This document shows positions 55,421 to 64,000 of a stretch of DNA of 64,000 nt, piece by piece. Location of the stretch: NCBI GenBank assembly GCA_012295275.1, contig CM022668.1, positions 12,648,001-12,712,000 of the forward strand, written 5' to 3'. The position numbers and the translations under genes are program-made. The first letter of the stretch is position 1. Every line of letters begins with the position of its first letter. This DNA is from Chrysomallon squamiferum (Eukaryota; Animalia; Mollusca). The notes under the pieces were generated by a model, which worked only from the letters and a program-made list of their open reading frames with translations, was not told where the DNA came from and made no database searches.

Positions 55421-56768
55421 TTGTAACTGATTTTGTATAATTAGTACCCTTATTGACATTTTCAGTTCAGTTCTATTTTTCTTCTTCTTTTTTTTTTCTT
55501 TTTTTACTTCTAAAGAAAAAATTAAAAAAAAAAATGTAATTTTAATCTAGTTATTAGAAATTTCATAGAAAACAAATTCATCTCAAATGTAATTTTATTC
55601 TTCTTTTTCTTTAATTTTTTCTTTATTTTTTTTTTTATTTTTTTTTATTTTTTTATCAAAAGGTCAATGACTTAATACATTTTCTTTACAGACTACAGAT
55701 TAAGAAAATATAAATCTGGGATTTTTATTTTATTTTTTCTGTTTTTTATATATATTTGTTTTATATTTTTATTTTTTTCTCTTAAACAAACCCCAAAAAG
55801 TAAAGAAGGAGAAAAAAAGGTTGGTTCACACATTGCATAATTATACGGATATTCTGATTCTTCAAATAAACCAAGAATTTATATTTTTATTTTGTATTAA
55901 AGAGTCCAGTTTGAGTTTTATTATTAACAAAAATCATGTTTGAAAAACAACAAAATAAAGATTTTACCATTAAAAGAATATACATACACACATACACACA
56001 TACATACATACATATATTTACACACACACACCTACATATACATATACGTACATACAGACACACATACAGACATATATACATACATACCTTTCATTTACAC
56101 AGATATACATACATATGTACATATATTTACACACACAAACACACACCTACACAAACACACACACACACAGTCACACACATATACAGGAATTTACCACTAT
56201 TATTAACAAGTAAACATTTTGGTATATTTGTAGCTGGTACCAAATTTAAACAGGAACTGTAACTCAGTAATAAAACAAATGAAACATTTTATACATTTTC
56301 CACTTTAACTGTCACAATCTACCACATGACATTTCATCAGTGAGTTCAGTGCATAAATGTCAGATATAATAATTATTATTGCTACTACAATGATACTTCT
56401 TTAATCATTTTAATGGAAAAGAAATTGTATATTAAACAACAATAAAAAATATCAGTTACATAGAACATCATTTTACATGAAACAAAATAACAGTTTCTGT
56501 ATTTTTTTTATTTTTTTAACTTTTTATTTTTTTTATTAAATTTTATTTATTATTCTTTTTGTATTTTTGTATTTATTATTTAATTATTATTATTTTTTTT
56601 TTTTTTTTTTTTAAAGTGGTTATTATTAATTTTTTGTATTGCATAAAATCTGGATATTGTATTTCGTAAATGGATTAGATGTTTTATATTAATTGTCATA
56701 AGAGCAATGAACAACATAACTTGACTTTTTTAACCAGGAAATTAATTTTACTTTATATTAAAAAGAAA

Positions 56769-56858
<90 letters not shown>

Positions 56859-57339
56859 AGAAACAAAGAAAAAATTTTTTTTCTTTCTCTTTCTCTCCTT
56901 CATTCTTTTCCCATTCTGTTTCTCATTTTCTCTTATCTCCCTCCCTCCTTCTCTCTATCTGTCTTTCTTCCTTTCTGCCTCTCATTCTTCATTTCTACCA
57001 TTAGCTGTCTTTTTTTTTTCTCTTAATGCAGCCATTTTTGTTTCAAACAAACAAATGTCAAAACACAAAGAAAAATAAAAAAAAAATCCACTGAAGTCAC
57101 AACAGCCTGATTTAGTAAGTTGACTTGCGTCTGTCTGTCTTTAATAATTGATTATTTCTTGCTAAAAAAACACAGTTTAAAAACAATTTGCTATTGTTCA
57201 GCAGAAAACAATAGAATTTTTGAACAAAACAAATTTATTAGTGATGCCGCATCTAAAATTAATATTCTCGTTTTAATTGTTAGAAGAAAAACATTGATTT
57301 AGGCAGAACAATTTTTTTTTTTTTTTTTAAACTGCTGTG

Positions 57340-57820
57340 TGTTTATCTCTTCCTTCTTTCTCTCTTTCTACCTCTCTGACTTTTTCTTTCTTTCTCTCTC
57401 TCTTTCCCTCTCTCTCTCTCTCTTTCCCTCACTCTCTCTTTGTTTCTCACCCTCTCTATCTGTCTCTCACTCTCTCTCTGTCTTTCTCTGTCTGTCTGTC
57501 TGTCTCTCTCATTCTCTCTGTCTGTATGTCTGTTTATATCTGTCTGTTTATATCTCTCTGTCTGTTTGTCTGTCTCTGTGGCTGTTTGTCTCTCTGTCTG
57601 TCTCTCTCTCTGTCTGTTTGTCTCTCTCTGTCTGTTTGTCTCTCTTTCTCTGTCTGTCCGTTTCTCTCTCTCTCTCTTTCTCTGATTGTGTCTGTCTGTT
57701 TGTCTCTCTCTCTCCTTTTTATATTTTTTATTACAATTTTTATTAAATTTCTTTCTTTCTTTTTCCTCTCTCACTTTCTTTCTTTCTTTGAACTTTCTCT
57801 CTCTCATTCTCTCGCTCCAT
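57340..57820. repeat. (CT)n/(CTGT)n polypyrimidine tract
   Basis: Directly visible; the source of the L/S- and R/E-rich ORFs. Confidence 0.95.
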
Positions 57821-59250
57821 ATTAGCATGTGATAAACTCTCTATTGTCAATAATTAATCCATTCTTGTTAAAAATGTCATCTCAACAACTCAAGCTTACT
57901 TCCACACACAAAACAAAAGAAATATCAAACAAAAGAAATTTATTGAAACCCATGGTACATTAAATTTTTAGTAAAACAAATGCAACAGAATTTTAAAACA
58001 AAAATGGATCTATTGCTGCAGTTTTCAATCACATATTCTATACCTAACAGAACAATATACAAAATTTTTTTCAATAGATAACTTTTTTTATATAAAAATA
58101 AAAGATTTAGAAATTTCAGTTCATGTTCAATAGAAATTATTGACATATGTTTAGAAAATGTTTAAAATTTTGATGAATAGAAATTATAAAGAGGTTAATT
58201 TGTGTGGAAATGTTATTTTTTAAATGACATGAAAATAAACTTGAATTAAAAATATAAATATTTTTTTATCATTATGTTGGAGGAAATGAATTTTTTTGTT
58301 GTTTTGAGTTTAACAGCAATAGAAAATTATGTATTAAAACATTATCATAAAAATATAATAATAATAATAATAACAACAACAACAACAATAATAATATAAT
58401 AATGATAGTAACAATAATAATAATAGTAATAATAATCAGAACAGTAATAACAAAAATAATAAATAATATACTGTACAGTAAATACAAAAGCATACGATTA
58501 ATATATTACAAATGTACAATAATCTACTGTACAGCAAACACAAAATCATATAAGTAATATATTACATATATGGAAAATAAATACTGAACACAAAATTATA
58601 TGAGCGTGAAAAACAACACACTGATTTTTCTCACAAAGTCTGGGGTATTTGTGGTTAAGAGTAACATTTACTGATAGAATTAATTCCTGGTTCATTTGAT
58701 ACTTCTGAATGAAGATTGAACACTCAAGATGCTTATGTTCAGTTCCTGGTTACATTCATCTGTACAATCATAAGAGATAAATACTGGATTTATTTTACAA
58801 GTATACCATACAGTATTTTATTGTATGCATATATAATATATTATTTATTAATCAGTATTGTGAATATATGTACCAGTAATGGTTTACAGATGTGTCTGTT
58901 GTATGAGTGTGTGTATGTGCATATATTATTTGTGTATGTGTGTGTGTCTGTCTTTGTGTATGTAGATAGATAGATAAGATAGATAGATAGATATAGATGT
59001 GGACAGATAAAAAAAAATCACTTCATTTAATAAAATCCATTTGTTTCACCGACAAATCAATTTTTTTCTTAACTGCTACAAAACCACACAGACCTCTTTA
59101 TAGCAGCCATTTTCTAAAAATTACTTCTAAAAATCTGACATAAACAAGAAAATATTTCAAATTGAAACTTTTAAATCTATCGTGAAAAAGACGACATAAA
59201 AATAATGATTTTACACGTCAGTTAATTTTACAGTAATTTGTACAGTAATT

Positions 59251-59317
<67 letters not shown>

Positions 59318-59684
59318 TTTATTTTTTTATTTAACAAATACATAAAAATATTCTGTCAGTATTTATTTTATGGGTCTCACATTACACATATTTTTCTCTT
59401 TTTCTCTCGAAACTCATGTATTTATCATGATACATACACAGATATGTTATACGGAGATATATTACATGTTTGAAATCGATTGAATGTCCAGAAGTGACTG
59501 ATATACGTTTGAAGCTGATTGAAGTCCTTGTACTGAAAACTTCTGTCTGAAAATTACTACAAAATGATACACAATAAATAAGCAAACGTCAGAGATGTAG
59601 AAAAATTTTATTTGTAGAAAACCCATTTGATTGTTAGGAAATACATACATAAGAGTCTGAAAGATTAAAAAAAACAGTCAAGTG

Positions 59685-60060
59685 CAAAAAGGTCAAATTG
59701 TCAAACTCCTGAAATGTGAAGCACTTTAGGATAAACGCTGAATTGAAGTAGCAAGTGATTTGAAGTCAAAAGGATAAAAAGGTCAAAACTTCAAAAAAAA
59801 CCCATTAAAACGTCGAGTATTCAAAAGGTCAAAACGTCAAAAAGGATAAAAATGTCAATCATTAAAAAGGTCAAAATGTCAAAAAAGGGTTAAAATGTCA
59901 ATCATTCAAAAGGTCAAAACGTCACAAAAGGGTTAAAATGTCAATCATTCAAAAGGTCGAAACGTCAAAAGAGGGTTAAAATGTCAATCATTCAAACGGT
60001 CAAAACGTCAAAAAGGATAAAAGTGTCAATCATTTAAAAGGTCAAAACTTCAAAAGATTG
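59685..60060. repeat. About 43-bp minisatellite AAAAGGTCAAAACGTCAAAAAGG(A/GT)TAAAATGTCAATCATTC
   Basis: Period of 42-43 nt from about 59822 to 60050, with decayed copies at about 59687 and 59777. Confidence 0.9.
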
Positions 60061-61039
60061 AAATACGAAGTTTTCTAAAGCAAAAAAACTTCAAAAGACT
60101 GAAATTAAAACAAACTGAAATATTAAGGTTTTAATGTCAAAGGATTCAAAGCTTTGAAATATTTCAATTTCAGTGCTTGGAAACGTTCCTTGATGTTACA
60201 GTTCATTGACATTCACACTTTAAAAATCAAAACTTCAAGAAGTGAAATAGAAAATACTCTAGAGTCAAAACTTTAAATGACTGAAATATCCAACACTCAG
60301 AAGTCAAAACTTCATCATCAGTCAACTTCAAATATACTGACATTCAAATAAAAATACGTTTTCACAAATATAATTTTTCTACATTTCTACATTTATTTAT
60401 TTATTATTATTATTATTTTTTTTTTTTGTTATTTTGTAGTAATTTTTGACAGAAATTTTCAGGAACAGGATTTCAATCAATTTAAAACGTGTATCATTTC
60501 ACTCCAGGACATTCAGTCGATTTCAGACATATCTGAGGGTCTCATACAACAGTTATTTCACACTATTTCTGACATTGATTTTTCTACGTGCAAACTGTTG
60601 CATTTTATTTCTAACATTAATTTTTTTTTTTTTTTTTTCGTTGTTGCATTTCACTCTTTGAGCTTTTCTTATTGAAACTGTTGCCATCTGTGACTACCTC
60701 AGCATCCTCATCAGCAAAACTTCAACACCCACACTGTAACAACATCTTTCTAACATCAGCTCATGCTGGAAAGTGTGTGTGTGTGTAACTTTTTTGGACA
60801 TGACTGTTGAAACAGAAGGATCTGGTTGAGTGATAATGATGTTCACTGAGGTGTGAAAGGGTATAAGTGTCTTGTAAACTTGAACATAGCATGAAAATTA
60901 CCAACAAAAATTGAAAATCACATAGTGCATGAACCTATATATATATATATGTGGATGAGTATGTACATTATGAATGTCTGTCTGTCTATATGTATGTATG
61001 TGTTTAACTGTGTATATGTATGAGTGTAAATGAGTCTGA

Positions 61040-61081
<42 letters not shown>

Positions 61082-61409
61082 ATGAATATAAATACACTCA
61101 TATTGTATCTGGTGGGCTATACAGTAATTAAAAAAATATATATTTATTATTTTATTTTAAACTGTATCATTTCAAAATAACTTTTTTTTTTTTCTTAAGA
61201 ATAACTCCACACATTCCACACAATCAGTTATTAAGTGTCGCACTTTTCATGGTGAACTTGTTTTGAACAGGAAATAACCAAATAAGTGCAATTAGAAGAT
61301 TTGATCCTGCTCTCCATCATGCTTCAGTAAACACAGTTTCTGAATGTTTCTCTAATAACAAGTTGTCAAAGAAATATCGATTAAATATACACCTCTTTGA
61401 CTAGAGGCC

Positions 61410-61937
61410 TGACATTTTTGCAAAGCATCATGGGTAGAGGAAGTGAGTAAGTGCAACCATAATGACCTACATCTGACACCATCATTATGTGTCAAATGAA
61501 AAAAAAAAAAAAAAAAAAAAAATAAAGAAAATAAATGATTGGGTGGGTTTTTTTTTTTTCCATAACAGATCTGTCATTTTGACAAAGCATTCTGGGTACA
61601 GGAAGTAAGTAACTAAGGCTGTAATGACCCACATGTACTATCCATTTAACTCTTGACATAATCAATCCAATAACTACTCTTTTTTTTTTCAGGAACGTGA
61701 CATTTTTAGCAATGCATTATGGGTACAGGAAGTGAATTGTGGTGATGGTGTTGACCTGTATCTGGCAGTAAAATCAATAAACGTCTGATGACATCAATCA
61801 AATAATAAAATTATTATTATTATTATACTATTAGGATTGATATTGTAGTTGTTATTGTTATGCTGTTATTGTTATGCTAATAATTATTATTATTTACTAC
61901 TATTACTGTCATTACTACTACTACTACCACTAATGCA

Positions 61938-61972
<35 letters not shown>

Positions 61973-62148
61973 CACTACTACTACTACTACCACTATTACC
62001 ACTACTACTACTATTGCTACTACTACTATTACCACTACTACTACTATTGCTACTACTACTACTGCTACTACCACTACTACTACCTCTACTGCTACTACTA
62101 CAACCTCTACTACCACTACTACTACTACTACCACTACTACTACTACTA

Positions 62149-62209
<61 letters not shown>

Positions 62210-62340
62210 CTACTACTACTATTGCTACTACTACTACTGCTACTACCACTACTACTACCTCTACTACAACTACTACTACAACCACTACTACTACTGCTAA
62301 TACTACTGCTGCTGCTGCTGCTACTACTACCACTACTATT

Positions 62341-62376
<36 letters not shown>

Positions 62377-62550
62377 TAATTATTTTTATTAATACATATG
62401 TACGGGTAGAGGAAGCGAATTTGTATGAGAGTAATGACCCATGTCTGGCAATCAATAAACCTTCGACTTAATCAAATAACAATTTTTTTTTTTTTTTTTT
62501 TTTAAAGATCTGACATTTTTAACAATGCATTATGGGTAAAGGAAACGTAT
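61410..62550. promoter_or_regulatory. Five-copy degenerate repeat carrying a ZNF143/Staf-like site abutting an ETS-like site; interrupted by an (ACT)n expansion at about 61900-62380
   Basis: CAA(A/T)GCAT(C/T)(A/C)TGGGTA at 61421, 61583, 61710 and 62523 (partial at about 62401), each followed directly by (C/G/A)AGGAA(GT). The repeat itself is certain; regulatory function is inferred. Confidence 0.45.
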
Positions 62551-62806
62551 TATATTACTGATATTTGCAAGCCATTAGACTCTTAACGTTGTTAGTGAAA
62601 TCACTTTCCAAAAAAAAAATATAAAAAAATATAAAAAATAAAAAAAAATATTTTTACTTTTAAAACTTGACAGATATGATGGAGAAGACAGAGTGTTTCG
62701 AAAAATGGTTGAAATATCTCATCAATGAATGGAAATCACCCGGCAGACATTGAAATTATGAAATTAATGGTGCGATCGTGGTGAAATTAAAAACAAAATT
62801 TCTTTT

Positions 62807-62842
<36 letters not shown>

Positions 62843-63440
62843 ACTGTACGAACCTGAGGGACTATCAGATAACAGATTATTGATAAATTGTCAGAAAATT
62901 TCTGTGATTAATTAAATTAATTTGATACAGCTAGAGAGAATAGAGTGAGGCTGGTGTGTAAAAAATGATAATAAAAAATCTTTTTAGTGTTTTGACGCAC
63001 ATCAATATAGACCTGATGGCCTGGGGTAGCAAAGGAAGAATATATATATATATATTTTTTTTTTTTCTTGCAACTTGGGGGCTGTATTGTTTGTTGATTC
63101 GTTTTTTATATGCATTTATATTTTTTTCATTTTACATAAATCTTTAAGATGTACAAAATATTCCTCTATTCTTAAAACTTCTTCTGTGTTTGTCTGTTCG
63201 TCTGTTTGTCTGTATTCCTGTCTCTCTGTCTCTGTTCTGTCTTTCTCCCTCTGAAATTTATCAATTTTACCTTCTCCCTTTTATAATCCTCTTTTTATCT
63301 CTTGTTTTTTTTCTACTTTGTTCATTTGCTCCTTCATTTCTTTTTCTCTCTATCTGTTTCCTGCCATTTTGTTTTCCTTGCTATTTCTCTCTCTCACAAA
63401 CAGTCGTGCATACACATGGATATATGAGTGTTAATGTGTA

Positions 63441-63444
<4 letters not shown>

Positions 63445-63491
<47 letters not shown>

Positions 63492-63500
63492 CAAAAACAT

Positions 63501-63555
<55 letters not shown>

Positions 63556-63579
63556 TATATATATAAAACACAAACACAC

Positions 63580-63612
<33 letters not shown>

Positions 63613-63710
63613 CACAAACACATATATACATACACACACACACACACACACATATGTATATACACACACATACAAATATATACATATACATACCTCATAT
63701 ATATATCTTA
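63445..63710. repeat. (CT)n/(AT)n/(CA)n compound microsatellite
   Basis: Directly visible. Confidence 0.95.
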
Positions 63711-64000
63711 ATATCTTAAAACCATTGATATCACCTAAGTACATCTGCACCTAAATCTATGACCGGTATACTACAGTCTAACATACAATCACACTGCTAA
63801 CTGTCCTATATCATGTATTACACACAAACATAACAAAAAATTAATTTGCCAGTAACCAGCAAATCTAAAATGTGTGAATCACTCTATTATACAATCTGAG
63901 ATCAGTTAGACTGATTCTCAGTGATAGAATATTCAAATCCAGATCATTCTGATATTAATATGTGATATCTTATAACATCAGGCAATCTAGCAATCAGATA

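Overview
AT-rich, microsatellite-saturated animal genomic DNA. The repeat relics suggest a mollusc, probably a gastropod (inference only). I can support only one coding exon: a 231-bp, phase 1-1 internal exon on the minus strand (450-680) encoding the PAS domain of an Elk/Kv12 (KCNH3/4/8-type) potassium channel. I could not find the conserved first coding exon, so 681-64000 is most simply part of a >63-kb first intron. Nearly all ORFs in the supplied track are microsatellite artefacts. The most unusual structure is a 237-bp inverted repeat (51395-51631 / 52744-52980, 232/237 identical, 1112-bp spacer). It lies inside an older, decayed inverted duplication, would form a long dsRNA stem in the pre-mRNA, and contains a CAG|GTAAAT recursive-splice-like motif. 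The intron also holds about a dozen minisatellites, several of which multiply a recognisable transcription-factor motif (ZNF143/Staf+ETS, D-box+Meis, NBRE), plus a Tigger-like MITE, Deu/Nin-type SINE relics and short CpG-rich unique islands. All alignments and counts were done by eye, and family assignments come from memory, not from database searches.
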